Below are positions 28,200 through 38,947 of a stretch of 64,000 nucleotides of DNA, in pieces. Made by a program: the position numbers and the translations under genes. The notes below the pieces were generated by a model. The model was not told the DNA's origin, ran no database searches, and saw only the letters and a list, made by a program, of their open reading frames with translations. Within the stretch, counting starts at the first letter, position 1; the number at the start of each line of letters is the position of its first letter. The DNA is taken from positions 3,396-67,395 of the forward strand of contig DAMH01000009.1 of assembly GCA_002499585.1 (NCBI GenBank), given 5' to 3'. Source of the stretch: Euryarchaeota archaeon UBA552. Lineage in GTDB: Archaea > Thermoplasmatota > Poseidoniia > Poseidoniales > Thalassarchaeaceae.

Positions 28200-29126
28200 G
28201 TGGGCGATGAAATCCCTGATGAGGGGAATAGGAAAATCATAGATGTTGAGTACGTGGAAAAAGACCTTCCAGAATCAAAAGTAAGGACTGTCGAAAAGAA
28301 GCTCATAAATCCGCTAATCCTGCCTCGCAGTGGTCCCAATCCTGCGGGCCATGCTCGGGTTGTTACTGTAACCAACCAGAAGGGGGGAGTTGGTAAGACA
28401 ACCACTGTAATCAACATTGCAGCCCAGTTGGGTTTGCGAGGTTACAAGGTTCTTGTGATAGACGCCGACGCGCAGGGCAACTGCGCAACCGGCCTCGGAG
28501 TCGACAAAAGACTTGTTAAGGCCACAACAAGAGATTTGATACTTGAGCCCGAGACGGCCATTCAGGCAAGACATCAGACCGCTGTCGAAGGTGTCCACAT
28601 GATCGTAGGCGACCGATCTCTTGTTGGGATGGATCAAGAATTGTTGAGGCAGTTGGGGAGGGAAAGAAGGCTCATCGAGGCTTTGGAACCCCTATCACCT
28701 CATTACGATCTCATACTGATAGACACTCCACCCTCCCTCGGGATCGTGACAATCAACGCGTTAGTTGCAAGTCAAGGACTTTTGGTACCAGTGCAAACAG
28801 AGTATTTTGCACTTGAGGGACTTGCGATGTTGGCCGGAACAATACGCGAAGTCAGGAATTTGTTCTCGCCCAGCCTAGGCGTGGATGGAATCCTTCTCAC
28901 CATGTATGACCAGAGGACGCTGCTAAACGTCCAAGTTGCCAATGAATTGAGGGATACATACGGCACATTGGTCATTGACCCCCCTATCCGTAGAAACATC
29001 CGCTTGGCCGAAGCACCAGCGCACGGAGTGCCAATACACCTTCATGACCCAACTAGCCACGGAGGCATGGACTACCTATCTGTCACCGAAGAACTTGTGA
29101 AAAGGTGGGGGATAGACTCCGAATGA
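28200..29126 (+). CDS. parA: ParA/Soj family ATPase
   Basis: Deviant Walker A NQKGGVGKTTT, DADAQGN, IDTPPSLG, PVQTEYFALEGL, RNIRLAEAP. Confidence 0.93.
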   Translation: MGDEIPDEGNRKIIDVEYVEKDLPESKVRTVEKKLINPLILPRSGPNPAGHARVVTVTNQKGGVGKTTTVINIAAQLGLRGYKVLVIDADAQGNCATGLGVDKRLVKATTRDLILEPETAIQARHQTAVEGVHMIVGDRSLVGMDQELLRQLGRERRLIEALEPLSPHYDLILIDTPPSLGIVTINALVASQGLLVPVQTEYFALEGLAMLAGTIREVRNLFSPSLGVDGILLTMYDQRTLLNVQVANELRDTYGTLVIDPPIRRNIRLAEAPAHGVPIHLHDPTSHGGMDYLSVTEELVKRWGIDSE

Positions 29127-29998
29127 AAAATATCGAGTCACGCTATCAGGCAATAGCCTGGATGCTCTTCGCAAGTGTCGCCTTTGGGTCGATGAATGCA
29201 CTGGTCAAGTGGACGTCATCAACCGCAGATGTCTGGTCGATGGTTATGGTAAGGTCAGTTGTAATTACCCTAGGCATATACTTGATTGCCACCCATAGGG
29301 GTGTTAGCTTGAGAGTAAATGATAGAAAGAATATGTTTCTAAGGTGCGCAACTGGGCTGATTGCTATGATATTATACTTCACAGCCTTAGGTTTAATTCC
29401 GATTGGTCAGGCAGTGACGCTTCAATATACCAACCCTCTCTTCGTAGCACTCCTCTCAGGATTATTTCTATCAGAAAGCGTCGGCATTAGAACCTGGGGC
29501 TTAGCTCTTGCATCATTCTTTGGAATCGCACTGATAGTCTCACCAGATCTCAGGACCGTCGACATCAACGCATTATACGCTCTGGGATCAGGTTTTTTTG
29601 CTGCTGTGGCGTATCTTTACGTCAGAATGCTAAGATCATCTGAACATGCACTTAGCATCGTCTTCTGGTTTGCTTTGTTTTCAGTTATTTTCACAACTCC
29701 TCCTGCAATTTTGAACTTGAAGGGACCACTTTCAGAACCCAAAATCGCTCTGGCCTTGATATGCATCGGAATCGGTGCTGGTGCGGGCCAAGTGGGTTTG
29801 ACCTACGCCTTTCACAAAGCGAATGCTGCATGGGTAAGTGCATTCTCCTACGTCACGGTCATTGTCGCTGCAGGATATGGGTACTTCTTTTTCGGTGAGT
29901 CTTTGGATAATGGAGACATTATCGGGTGTCTACTGATAATAGTCTCGGGCATTTTGTTGACATTATCCAGGAGCAAGAGAAATAACGCAGAATCATAA
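29123..29998 (+). CDS. DMT/EamA family transporter
   Basis: About 10 TMs in two EamA repeats (YTNPLFVALLSGLFLSE; GYFFFGE); ATGA overlap with parA. Confidence 0.9.
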   Translation: MKNIESRYQAIAWMLFASVAFGSMNALVKWTSSTADVWSMVMVRSVVITLGIYLIATHRGVSLRVNDRKNMFLRCATGLIAMILYFTALGLIPIGQAVTLQYTNPLFVALLSGLFLSESVGIRTWGLALASFFGIALIVSPDLRTVDINALYALGSGFFAAVAYLYVRMLRSSEHALSIVFWFALFSVIFTTPPAILNLKGPLSEPKIALALICIGIGAGAGQVGLTYAFHKANAAWVSAFSYVTVIVAAGYGYFFFGESLDNGDIIGCLLIIVSGILLTLSRSKRNNAES

Positions 29999-30020
29999 AA
30001 AATGAACCATTTGATCTCTA

Positions 30021-30090
30021 TTTTTTGGACCACAGGGTTATTTCGCTTCGGTTAATTGCCCAGTCAAACTCACGATTTAATAGAAAAAAA
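30021..30090. terminator. Candidate archaeal T-tract terminators between convergent genes
   Basis: T6 at 30021-30026 on + after the EamA gene; A7 at 30084-30090 (T7 on -) after the 30122-30721 gene. Confidence 0.35.
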
Positions 30091-30121
30091 GTATCCTTTG
30101 GCCGCTGTGAGTGAAAATAAG

Positions 30122-30721
30122 TCATTGCCTTTCAAACCAAACAGCCCCCATGGCCATGCAAATCAACGTGAATAGAGCGCCCGTGAAAGAAAGTGAAAAA
30201 GATGACTCGCTGTCGTTTAGATCTGCATCTGTAGAACCAACGGATGAACAGGTTTGACTAGACATGTCGTAATCGATACCCCCCCATTGATCACCGTCAA
30301 ACCAACACGTTGACCATACTTTCCACCCAAAGCCTGTTTCAGGCACTCTCTGGGCTTCATCTCGATCTTCGAATTGAAGGTCAAACCTCCAGTTGAGGTA
30401 TGATGCATCGTGGTCTACTGGGACCTCACCTGACCAAGTGCTGTTATCTTGAACCATCATGTTGTAAACAGGTGGATAACAAACTCCGCTGTTAACGCAT
30501 ATCTGTGTCACCCAACTTATCGAAGTGAGGTTCTGATCTGGTTCCAACTCTGCTATCAGGCGCATGACTCCACCGTCCTCATCTGTAGCATTTACCGATG
30601 TTGGATAATCTAGATCGAGTATTATCGTCCCCTGTAAATCAGCCTCCTCGTTCACTCCACCTTGTTCGGCGGAAACGACGGCTAGGGACATCAACAGCAT
30701 AGCCATGAGAGTTGCCCTCAT
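30122..30721 (-). CDS. Secreted acidic protein with a C-terminal membrane anchor
   Basis: Signal peptide (…AVVSA), Cys pairs, C-terminal TM. Confidence 0.75.
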   Translation of the reverse strand: MRATLMAMLLMSLAVVSAEQGGVNEEADLQGTIILDLDYPTSVNATDEDGGVMRLIAELEPDQNLTSISWVTQICVNSGVCYPPVYNMMVQDNSTWSGEVPVDHDASYLNWRFDLQFEDRDEAQRVPETGFGWKVWSTCWFDGDQWGGIDYDMSSQTCSSVGSTDADLNDSESSFSLSFTGALFTLICMAMGAVWFERQ

Positions 30722-30774
30722 GGTAACCTGTATGCATCAAATGCTATGAATCAAGCGATTCCGTGTTCTGACCA

Positions 30775-31284
30775 TCAACTGGAATCCAAATTCCACAGGT
30801 CGTCCCCTACCCAATGTATTGTCCTTACTCCTTTGCCTTTGCCTGCTTGAAGCATCTCCTCTCCAGTCATCAAAGACCATCCAACTGCCAAAGGACGACC
30901 ATGAACCTCGTCCCTGATCCATACTGGCATATCTGATTCTATGTCCGGATCAGAATTTTGTATCCCAGCAGCCATGCAATTTGCCCCATTCATCAAAAAA
31001 GGAATAGCACCGTGATCAACCTCGACGTAATGCCTTTCCAAACTCCACTTCAGCAGACCCCTGAGAGTGGGAAACCAAACATTGCCCCCATCCCGATTCT
31101 GAAGGCACATCAAACATGGAGTCCTGTCGGTTAAGATCAAATCCACCCCCTCGAAATGGGCCTCCTCTAGGAAGCACTCCGAGAGATTGAGGGGCCGTCC
31201 AACTAAACCTTCAACTTGGTCTGAAATTTTTCTTATTTGTTTGAATCTCAGAGGGGTCCTCCTCCTCAAGCGCTTGTCTGCCAT
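30775..31284 (-). CDS. PUA-domain RNA-binding protein (MCT-1/Tma20-like)
   Basis: FPTLRG, VEVDHGAIPFLMNGANCMAAGI, PLAVG, GKGVRTIHWVGDDLW. Confidence 0.9.
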   Translation of the reverse strand: MADKRLRRRTPLRFKQIRKISDQVEGLVGRPLNLSECFLEEAHFEGVDLILTDRTPCLMCLQNRDGGNVWFPTLRGLLKWSLERHYVEVDHGAIPFLMNGANCMAAGIQNSDPDIESDMPVWIRDEVHGRPLAVGWSLMTGEEMLQAGKGKGVRTIHWVGDDLWNLDSS

Positions 31285-31381
31285 GGCTCCGCTAAAGAGA
31301 ACCAAAGAATGAACATCTCGGCACCTCAGCTTTCGAAATCTTCCAATCTATTGAAATATGTTGGGTAAGTCGCATGGGCCC

Positions 31382-31777
31382 GTGGCTAAGTGGCATGGCA
31401 TGTCGAGAAGGAAGCCTACCGGCGGACGCCTTAAGCGGCCCATTCGTTACCGTGGAAAGAGGAAAAAGGAAATCTCCAGCGAGAAACAATTTGCTTTCGT
31501 GGCAGAATCCAACAAAAATAAGCTTTACAGGAAGCACGCTGGTCACCAGACTGTCAGAGTGATGAACGCTTCACACATCAATGTCAACATACCCTCCGAG
31601 GGAATCACCAAAAGGGTCATGATATCCAATATAGTAGAAAATTCTGCGGACCCGAATTATGTCAGACGAAATATTATCACAAAAGGAGCCATAGCCGACA
31701 CAGAACTTGGTCGAGTGCGAATTACAAGCAGGCCAGGTATGGATGGCGTAGTTTGTGGCGTGCTTATTACCGAATAA
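31382..31777 (+). CDS. rps8e: 30S ribosomal protein eS8 (S8e)
   Basis: MAKWHGMSRRKPTGG, ENSADPNYVRRNIITKGA, ITSRPGMDGVV. GTG start at 31382. Confidence 0.96.
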   Translation: MAKWHGMSRRKPTGGRLKRPIRYRGKRKKEISSEKQFAFVAESNKNKLYRKHAGHQTVRVMNASHINVNIPSEGITKRVMISNIVENSADPNYVRRNIITKGAIADTELGRVRITSRPGMDGVVCGVLITE

Positions 31778-31820
31778 TCCCACAAATAATTCAATAAATA
31801 CAACGTTCTGGTGTTAGCAT

Positions 31821-32264
31821 ATGACATCCGACCCTTCTAGGATGACTCTTTGGACGGGTTATTTCGATTCTCGACAATCAAGGAAGGGAGGAAGAAGGGT
31901 CCCCAAGAACTCCAGTGTACCACGACCCAATCTAGATCAAATAGCACTCGCCGCGAGAGCATCGGGAATTACCAAAATGAGGAGAGATCAAACTGCAAGT
32001 CACCCTAAACGCCCCTTTTCAAAAGAGGGAAGACTCATCATATCCGCAAAAGACGCGAAGGAATCTACGAATTCATCCACCAAAGAAGAAGTAATGAGGG
32101 CCGTTGGGTCCTCGCTCAGATCTATACTGGAGAAGAAAGAGGACGGATCAGACAAAAGGCCGACAAAACTGTCCGGAAGAGAAGGGGCGAGAAAGATGAA
32201 ACAACGAAAATCTAGTGTTAGAAATCCCCAAAACCGAAAAAAGAAGAAATTTGGCCGCCGGTGA
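31821..32264 (+). CDS. srp19: Signal recognition particle protein SRP19
   Basis: LWTGYFDSRQSRKGGRRVPK..SVPRP, HPKRP, GRL, TKEEVMR; basic C-terminal tail. Confidence 0.9.
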   Translation: MTSDPSRMTLWTGYFDSRQSRKGGRRVPKNSSVPRPNLDQIALAARASGITKMRRDQTASHPKRPFSKEGRLIISAKDAKESTNSSTKEEVMRAVGSSLRSILEKKEDGSDKRPTKLSGREGARKMKQRKSSVRNPQNRKKKKFGRR

Positions 32265-32267
32265 CAC

Positions 32268-33293
32268 TCAAACCTCATGAGTCCAACCCTTGGTATCCTC
32301 CAGCGAACCGCCCATAATTCCGGTTAGGCGCTCAAAAAGTGCTAAAGTTATTGATCCCACACCTCCATAATCAACCTCTAGATCCCCATGTTGAATCGAT
32401 CCTATTGGAGAGATCACAGCTGCAGTTCCAGCGCAGAAAGCCTCATCGCAGTCCAAGGCGAAATTTATGTCCACCTTTTGTTCCCTAACCGTTATTCCCA
32501 TTGACTTAGCTAGCTCTATGATGGACAGCCTTGTTATTCCGGGCAAGATTGTCCCAGTCAGCTCAGGAGTGTAAACCACACCGTCTTTGACGCAAAAAAA
32601 GTTCGCAGCACCAACCTCTTCTACGAATCGATGTTCTACTGCATCCAGGTAGATTATCTCGCTGTAACCTTCAGACTTTGCCTTTCTTGATGGCATCATT
32701 CCCGGTGCATAATTACCTATCGCTTTGACCCCACCTGAACCACCAGGGGCAGCGCGATGGTGCGTCTGAGACACTCTGAGCGATATTGGCGACATTCCAC
32801 CTTTGAAATATGGCCCCACCGGGACAGCGAATACCACGAACATGTATTCTTCAGCAGGTGAGACACCTAGCCTGGCACTGCTACCAAATAGTATGGGGCG
32901 GATGTACAACTCGCCCTTTCCGTGCGGTGGAACCCATCTTCGATTTTCATGGGTTACCTGCCTGACCGCGTCAATGAACATTGATTCTGGGATCTCCGGC
33001 ATTACCAACCTTTTAGCTCCATCAGCAGCCCTCCTGGCATTCAACTCAGGTCGAAATAAAGTAATTCTGTCATCCGGGGTCTTCCTTGCTTTCATACCCT
33101 CGAACAAACCTTGTCCGTAATTCAAGACACATGCTGCCGGGGATAAGCTGAGGGGTTGGAAATCAATCATAATCCCCTCTGACCACCCATCTTCAAGCGT
33201 CCCGTTCGCTACGTACATCCTGTCTGTTTCGGTAAAGGAGAATGTGAGTGAGTCCCAATCCGTAGGGGCTTTGACGTCTCCCGGGGCACCCAT
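32268..33293 (-). CDS. ilvE: Branched-chain amino acid aminotransferase
   Basis: LNYGQGLFEGMKA, LFRP, LYIRP, KAIGNYA, EEVGAANFF, ILPGITR, GTAAVISP. Confidence 0.95.
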   Translation of the reverse strand: MGAPGDVKAPTDWDSLTFSFTETDRMYVANGTLEDGWSEGIMIDFQPLSLSPAACVLNYGQGLFEGMKARKTPDDRITLFRPELNARRAADGAKRLVMPEIPESMFIDAVRQVTHENRRWVPPHGKGELYIRPILFGSSARLGVSPAEEYMFVVFAVPVGPYFKGGMSPISLRVSQTHHRAAPGGSGGVKAIGNYAPGMMPSRKAKSEGYSEIIYLDAVEHRFVEEVGAANFFCVKDGVVYTPELTGTILPGITRLSIIELAKSMGITVREQKVDINFALDCDEAFCAGTAAVISPIGSIQHGDLEVDYGGVGSITLALFERLTGIMGGSLEDTKGWTHEV

Positions 33294-33392
33294 CAATACA
33301 TCCGAATAGAAGGAGGCATTCAACGCTTCCGGCGGTCTTCGTCACCTTCAAACACGCCAAGCATTGAACCGCGACCCCCCCTATCGGAGTAC

Positions 33393-35990
33393 ATGAGTGA
33401 GGGCTTGTGGCGAGATGACCTCTGTATCGTCGCCGCAGATAATCGCTCTTGGGGGGACTCAAACACAGTAGTCGAACTTTGGTGCCGATCCCAACGTGGG
33501 CATTCAGTTTTATTGCTGGTAAACGGTTTGCGACCCTACATCGAGATATCTCCGAGAGAGGGCGGTTGTTCAGGTACTGACGAAGATATACGTAACGTTC
33601 TATCCCTATCAAGCGTAACAGAAATCTGTCCACCAGTAACTAAGTGGTCTTCAAAGGGAGATATGCCTCACTGGAGGGTCATGGCGAGAGATACCACCGT
33701 CATCACCCGGTTGAGGGAGGTTCTGAAAGCAGATTGGACCGTTACCAGCGCTGACATTCAATTTCACAAACGACTGTTGTACGATCTTGATCTTGGCCCT
33801 CACATTACCGCAAAAGGACGCATTTTATCGACCGGTCCAAGAGCACCTTCAATCCCGAGAGATGCCATTCCCAACGAGGATGAGGCTCTTGAGAGGATCC
33901 TCTCAGTGGGCGGGCGCGGAATATATCCCGTGGATGTCGTGATGTCAGTGGATGCGGGGGATCTGGAGGCATGTGAACCATTCCAAACTCCTTTCGTTAC
34001 TATGTCCATTGATTTAGAAACGAGTATTGCCACAAACAGAATACTGTGTGCCGCAGTTGTCGTAGAGAGGAATGGAAAACGCTCTGAATTTACATATAGA
34101 GGGGACGAAGTTGAGGACATACTAATCCCGATCTGCGATTTGGTTCGAGATCAGGACCCGGATATAATAACAGGATACAACATAGATAATTTCGATCTTC
34201 CAAGAATATTGGAAAGGACGGAGGCACTGGTAAAGAAAGATAGAAGGGTGAAATTGTTTGGCTGGGGGAGAGTCCCTGCGCAAGAAAATTCCAGGAGGGT
34301 GATCCCCAGCAGGGGACAGAATCGCACATGGAACATATCAGGAAGGGTCCCAATGGATGCATGGTGGCAGGCCCGGCAGACTCTCAAACCAGAAAGAGAG
34401 TCCTTGCGTTTTGTCACCGCATTAATTTGGCCCGACAACGATGAAATGAAAAAATTGGATATCGATGCAAGCCGTATGGATCACGAATGGAAAACTAGGC
34501 CGGATGAGGTTGTCAAGTATTGTCTTAGAGATACACACTTGCCGATAGACATCCTAAATCACTTGCAGTCAATCCAGCAGAAGGAGGCTCTTGCAGCAGT
34601 CGCAAGAACTAGTTTCTCCACAGCCGCTACAGAGACGACCAGCCAATGGATTGACTCTCTGGTGATCAGGTTGGCCGATCGTGAGAATGTCGCCGTGCCG
34701 ATGACCCGACAGGGAAGGAGAGGTGAACAGATTGCAGGGGGGTATGTCCATGAGGTGGAGCCTGGATTGAGATCATGGATCGCAGTTCTGGACTTCAAAT
34801 CGATGTATCCGTCGATCATGATCACAAACAACATCTGTCCAACCACGCTTGTGGAAGGTGACGACAAAATGAGCGATGATTCAGTCTCACCAACAACTGG
34901 TACCAGGTACAGGTCACAAACTCACAGAAACGGTTTGGTACCAAGACTTCTCACTGACTTGATGACACTGCGCGACGAATACAAGAAAACATCTCGAGTG
35001 GCGCGGGCTGACGGCGACGAGCAAAACGCCTTCTTGAACGATCGCTTACAGTTTGCTGTAAAAATTCTGATGAATTCTTTCTATGGAGTCTTCGCGAGCT
35101 CATTTTACCGTTTCACGCACAAAGATATCGGGGCAAGCATCACTGAATGGGCCAGACACAATATAAAATCGATAATATCTGATTTGAATGCTGATGGATA
35201 TGATGTTGTTTACTCAGACACCGATTCAATATTCGTCAGAACTCGCGGGATAGGAGATGCACCAATCAATAAACCGGAGGATGATGAAAATAAACTGCGA
35301 ACTTGGGAGCAGGCCAAAGAGGAGACAATAAATTTCGGTCGAAGGCTTGCAAACAAATACTCCAAAGAAGGGGCAGAATTGGAGTTCGAAACCGCAATGT
35401 CGGCATTCTTTTCGCACGGTGCCAAGAAGAGGTATGTCGGAAGAGTGGTTTGGCCTAGAGAAGAAATGTTGATTCGTGGGTATGAAGTTCGCCGAACTGA
35501 CTCATTCAAGTTACTGACTGCCACAATGACAATGCTCTTTGAGAAGATTTTGCAGGGCAAAGAAGAATTCGCAGTGGACAGGACGCGGAAGGTGATTGAA
35601 GATGTCAGGAGAGGCAATGTGGCTGTCGGCGATCTTGTCATTAGTAGGTCTTGTAAGGGGAAAATAAAGAAAGACGGATCCGTTGATTTTTCTGTTTATT
35701 CTAACCCCGACGGCTTGCCGTATGTTCGAGCCGCCAAACAAAGGATTGCGAGAGGATTAGGTTTCACACCGGGCATGAAAGTTGGATATGTAGTTTCAAA
35801 TGCAAAGTCTTCCCCAATGGAAGTAAGCGCATGGTTAACCGATGAATTAGGCGACGAGCCACCAAGTTACGACCCTGAATACTACGCTCGGAGACTGGCC
35901 ACTGCGTTGGGCAGAATAACAGAAGCATTCAGCTGGAACGAGAAGGATCTCCTGCAAGGATCAAGGCAACAATCCCTGTTCGATTACTGA
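33393..35990 (+). CDS. polB: Family B DNA polymerase
   Basis: Exonuclease motifs DLET, GYNIDNFD, YCLRD; polymerase motifs DFKSMYPS, KILMNSFYG, YSDTDS, KKRY; PIP box QQSLFDY; no intein. Confidence 0.97.
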   Translation: MSEGLWRDDLCIVAADNRSWGDSNTVVELWCRSQRGHSVLLLVNGLRPYIEISPREGGCSGTDEDIRNVLSLSSVTEICPPVTKWSSKGDMPHWRVMARDTTVITRLREVLKADWTVTSADIQFHKRLLYDLDLGPHITAKGRILSTGPRAPSIPRDAIPNEDEALERILSVGGRGIYPVDVVMSVDAGDLEACEPFQTPFVTMSIDLETSIATNRILCAAVVVERNGKRSEFTYRGDEVEDILIPICDLVRDQDPDIITGYNIDNFDLPRILERTEALVKKDRRVKLFGWGRVPAQENSRRVIPSRGQNRTWNISGRVPMDAWWQARQTLKPERESLRFVTALIWPDNDEMKKLDIDASRMDHEWKTRPDEVVKYCLRDTHLPIDILNHLQSIQQKEALAAVARTSFSTAATETTSQWIDSLVIRLADRENVAVPMTRQGRRGEQIAGGYVHEVEPGLRSWIAVLDFKSMYPSIMITNNICPTTLVEGDDKMSDDSVSPTTGTRYRSQTHRNGLVPRLLTDLMTLRDEYKKTSRVARADGDEQNAFLNDRLQFAVKILMNSFYGVFASSFYRFTHKDIGASITEWARHNIKSIISDLNADGYDVVYSDTDSIFVRTRGIGDAPINKPEDDENKLRTWEQAKEETINFGRRLANKYSKEGAELEFETAMSAFFSHGAKKRYVGRVVWPREEMLIRGYEVRRTDSFKLLTATMTMLFEKILQGKEEFAVDRTRKVIEDVRRGNVAVGDLVISRSCKGKIKKDGSVDFSVYSNPDGLPYVRAAKQRIARGLGFTPGMKVGYVVSNAKSSPMEVSAWLTDELGDEPPSYDPEYYARRLATALGRITEAFSWNEKDLLQGSRQQSLFDY

Positions 35991-36039
35991 AAACAAACAA
36001 TCGTAGGATTCATTTCTGTTCACTTACCGTGCGGGTATC

Positions 36040-37200
36040 ATGGGAACCCCCTCCAGAGCCATGGTCCTCGCTCTGATCATAGTTGGATCAGCACTCGGAG
36101 GGTGTCTAGCCACACTCGGCCTCAACGAGGCTCCAACCGTCCAATTAAACATCGAGCCATCTGGGGCGGTGCGAGAAGGAGACACGGTAACATTCAGTGC
36201 AGCTGGGAGTTCCGACCCGGATGGAGATCCATTGGCATTTACATGGAATTTCGGTGACGGAAACGTTGGTTCTGGCCTCACAACCAGTCATGTCTACACT
36301 AGTACGGGGACATTCAATGTCAAGCTAACAGCAGCGGACGGTAACTATGAAACAACCATCACCAAGAACATCACCATTATTGAATCCTCTGCGAAGAAAC
36401 CGACTGCTTCTGCCAGTGGGGAAAAAATGGATAACTGCGACGGAGAAGAGCCGCCAAACGGGGATTTCATCCTCATCTGGGTCTGCGATGAGGACAAGGA
36501 TGAGACAGATCGCTCAATTGACTTCACCACAGTTATCGAAATAGACGGGTCATCTTCAGACGCAGGCGGAGTAGACTACATCGATAAATGGGAGTGGGAC
36601 TTGGACACATCTGAAGATTCAGATGGTGATGGTTTGAGTGACAACGACATTGATGCCACTGGCGAAGTCGTCAACGTAGAAAGGACTGGTGGTGCCTTTG
36701 AAGTGAGGTTGACGGTGACCTCCAGCAACGGTCTGACGGACTCTGACAATATCGTGATTTACATCAATTACAGGGGAGAATGGAGGGACTTCATTATTGA
36801 CGCAAGCATCAATGATCCGGTAGAGATGGCATGGGATTTCCCTGTAAAGTACAATACAGAGAGTAAGGACAAAATAAGATACCTCAGGGTGAAACTAGAT
36901 TATCCGCAGGAAGATGACGACCAACCAATATTCACAGGTGGGGCAACAACTGCCAACAAGCTCGACCTCTTTCTGTACAATACCACCTCCCAGGAAAAAG
37001 AAGTGTCAAACACTACTCAAATAGAAAATGAAAATCGCGATGCCGGTGAATGCGGCAGCGACGAATATTGTATTTGGCAAGTGGTAAGCGGATCGACCGT
37101 CCGTGCCTTCCGCGCCGATACATGGTCTGTAGATCTCACCAATGACGAAAGCCACAACACGAAGATCAATTCTCTGATTGTAGAACTACAATACAGGTGA
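36040..37200 (+). CDS. PKD-domain lipoprotein
   Basis: Lipobox-like LGGC after a hydrophobic leader; [18 protein letters not shown]...HVY PKD domain; second PKD-like domain with DSDGDG. Confidence 0.85.
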   Translation: MGTPSRAMVLALIIVGSALGGCLATLGLNEAPTVQLNIEPSGAVREGDTVTFSAAGSSDPDGDPLAFTWNFGDGNVGSGLTTSHVYTSTGTFNVKLTAADGNYETTITKNITIIESSAKKPTASASGEKMDNCDGEEPPNGDFILIWVCDEDKDETDRSIDFTTVIEIDGSSSDAGGVDYIDKWEWDLDTSEDSDGDGLSDNDIDATGEVVNVERTGGAFEVRLTVTSSNGLTDSDNIVIYINYRGEWRDFIIDASINDPVEMAWDFPVKYNTESKDKIRYLRVKLDYPQEDDDQPIFTGGATTANKLDLFLYNTTSQEKEVSNTTQIENENRDAGECGSDEYCIWQVVSGSTVRAFRADTWSVDLTNDESHNTKINSLIVELQYR

Positions 37201-37304
37201 TCTGGCAAAGAACTCAAATTTCGAGGACAGCAAATTACGGGCCGATTGAGAGTGAGGTTCAAATACGCGCCGCAAGTCGCCGGCACACCATAGAGGTGTA
37301 TAAC

Positions 37305-38588
37305 ATGGGCTCACAATGGGAAGATAAAAGCAAGCCGCATCTAAATATCGTATTCATAGGTCACGTCGACCACGGAAAATCAACAACCGTAGGAAGGCTA
37401 CTGCTAGACAGCGGTCACATCGAACAGCACATAATCGACAAGAACGAACAACTAGCTAGCGAGTCAGGAAAAGCTGGGTTCGGCCTCGCCTACGTAATGG
37501 ACGGCCTAAAAGAAGAGCGAGAGCGTGGCATTACCATCGACGTCGCTCACAAAGAATTCTACACTCCGAACTACTACTTCACAGTGATAGACGCTCCCGG
37601 GCACCGCGATTTCGTGAAGAACATGATTACTGGCACCAGCCAAGCAGATGCTGCAGTCCTAGTGGTCGCCGCCAACGATGGCGTCAATGCACAGACCAAA
37701 GAACACGCTTTCCTCGCACGAGTCCTCGGCGTGACCCAACTCATCGTAAACATCAACAAAATGGACATAAGCGGAGTAGACTATCAAGAATCGAAATACA
37801 ATGAGGTGAAGACTGAAGTCTCCAATCTGCTAAAGATGGCAGGGTTCAAGCCCGACGACATCCACTTCATCGCAGGTTCGTCCCAAATGGGCGAGAACAT
37901 CTACAACAAAAGTGATAACATGTCATGGTACAAAGGCCCCACTCTCTTTGAGGCCATCGACGGTATCAAGATGCCTCCTAAACCAACTGATAGACCCCTA
38001 AGGCTCCCAATTCAAGACGTATACAAAATTGGCGGAATAGGCACTGTTCCCGTCGGCAAGATTGAGACGGGGGTTCTCAATCCAGGCAAGACAGTAGTTT
38101 TCAACCCAAGCCAAAAATCTGCTGAGGTCAAGAGCATTGAGATGCACCACACCCAAGTCGATCGCGCTGAGCCCGGTGACAACGTCGGGTTCAACGTCAG
38201 AGGACTAGCAGTCACCGACATCCGAAGAGGTGACATTGCTGGTTACCAGGAAAACCCTCCCACATTCGTCAGACACGACGAGACGTTCCTTGGCAACATC
38301 CAGATAATGGACATCCCCAAGGCTGTCGGTGTTGGCTACACACCTGTCTTCCACGCACACACCGCCCAAGTAGCGGTGAGGTTTGTCGAACTTGTAAAGG
38401 ATCTGAAGTCTGGAGAAACCCCAGCATTCCTGAAGTCCGGAGATGCTGCTCTCGTGAGATTCCAGCCCACAAAGCCGATGGCAATCGAACAACAAGACAC
38501 CTTCCCCGAACTCTCAAGGTTCGCCATCAGGGACATGGGTAAGACGGTTGCAGCTGGCGTCTGTGCGAAGATCGAGAAAAAGGCTTGA
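37305..38588 (+). CDS. tuf: Translation elongation factor EF-1alpha
   Basis: [52 protein letters not shown] before ATG 37305. Confidence 0.98.
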   Translation: MGSQWEDKSKPHLNIVFIGHVDHGKSTTVGRLLLDSGHIEQHIIDKNEQLASESGKAGFGLAYVMDGLKEERERGITIDVAHKEFYTPNYYFTVIDAPGHRDFVKNMITGTSQADAAVLVVAANDGVNAQTKEHAFLARVLGVTQLIVNINKMDISGVDYQESKYNEVKTEVSNLLKMAGFKPDDIHFIAGSSQMGENIYNKSDNMSWYKGPTLFEAIDGIKMPPKPTDRPLRLPIQDVYKIGGIGTVPVGKIETGVLNPGKTVVFNPSQKSAEVKSIEMHHTQVDRAEPGDNVGFNVRGLAVTDIRRGDIAGYQENPPTFVRHDETFLGNIQIMDIPKAVGVGYTPVFHAHTAQVAVRFVELVKDLKSGETPAFLKSGDAALVRFQPTKPMAIEQQDTFPELSRFAIRDMGKTVAAGVCAKIEKKA

Positions 38589-38613
38589 ACCAAGGATCTG
38601 AGGTGTTGACTGG

Positions 38614-38943
38614 ATGCCAGTTGTCACCACAATCAAACTCACTGGGGAAAATCATGAAGATGTAGACACTGTCTGCACACAAATAAAGAGAATATCTGAT
38701 GAGTCTGGAGTTAAGCTCCGGGGCCCGATTCCCCTACCCACCAGGAAGCTTGTCGTACCGTGCCGAAAAGCACCCTCTGGAGAAGGATCAGAGACATACG
38801 ATCATTGGGAGATGAGGATCCACAAGCGGCTACTTGAATTGGTGACCAATACAGCCAAAGATGAAACAGCGCTAAGACAAGTCCTTAGGATACCAATACC
38901 AGACTCAGTCACCATCGAATTGTCGCTTCGCAATCTGTCCTGA
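38614..38943 (+). CDS. rps10: 30S ribosomal protein uS10
   Basis: GPIPLPT, RKAPSGEGSETYDHWEMRIHKRL; follows tuf. Confidence 0.97.
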   Translation: MPVVTTIKLTGENHEDVDTVCTQIKRISDESGVKLRGPIPLPTRKLVVPCRKAPSGEGSETYDHWEMRIHKRLLELVTNTAKDETALRQVLRIPIPDSVTIELSLRNLS

Positions 38944-38947
38944 ATTA

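Noticed and set aside
33393..35990. Intein in, or inactivation of, PolB
   Set aside because: All exonuclease and polymerase motifs are intact and contiguous, and the length is normal.
37197..37304. 36-aa N-terminal extension of EF-1alpha
   Set aside because: ATG 37305 has a GAGGTG SD and gives the normal N-terminus.
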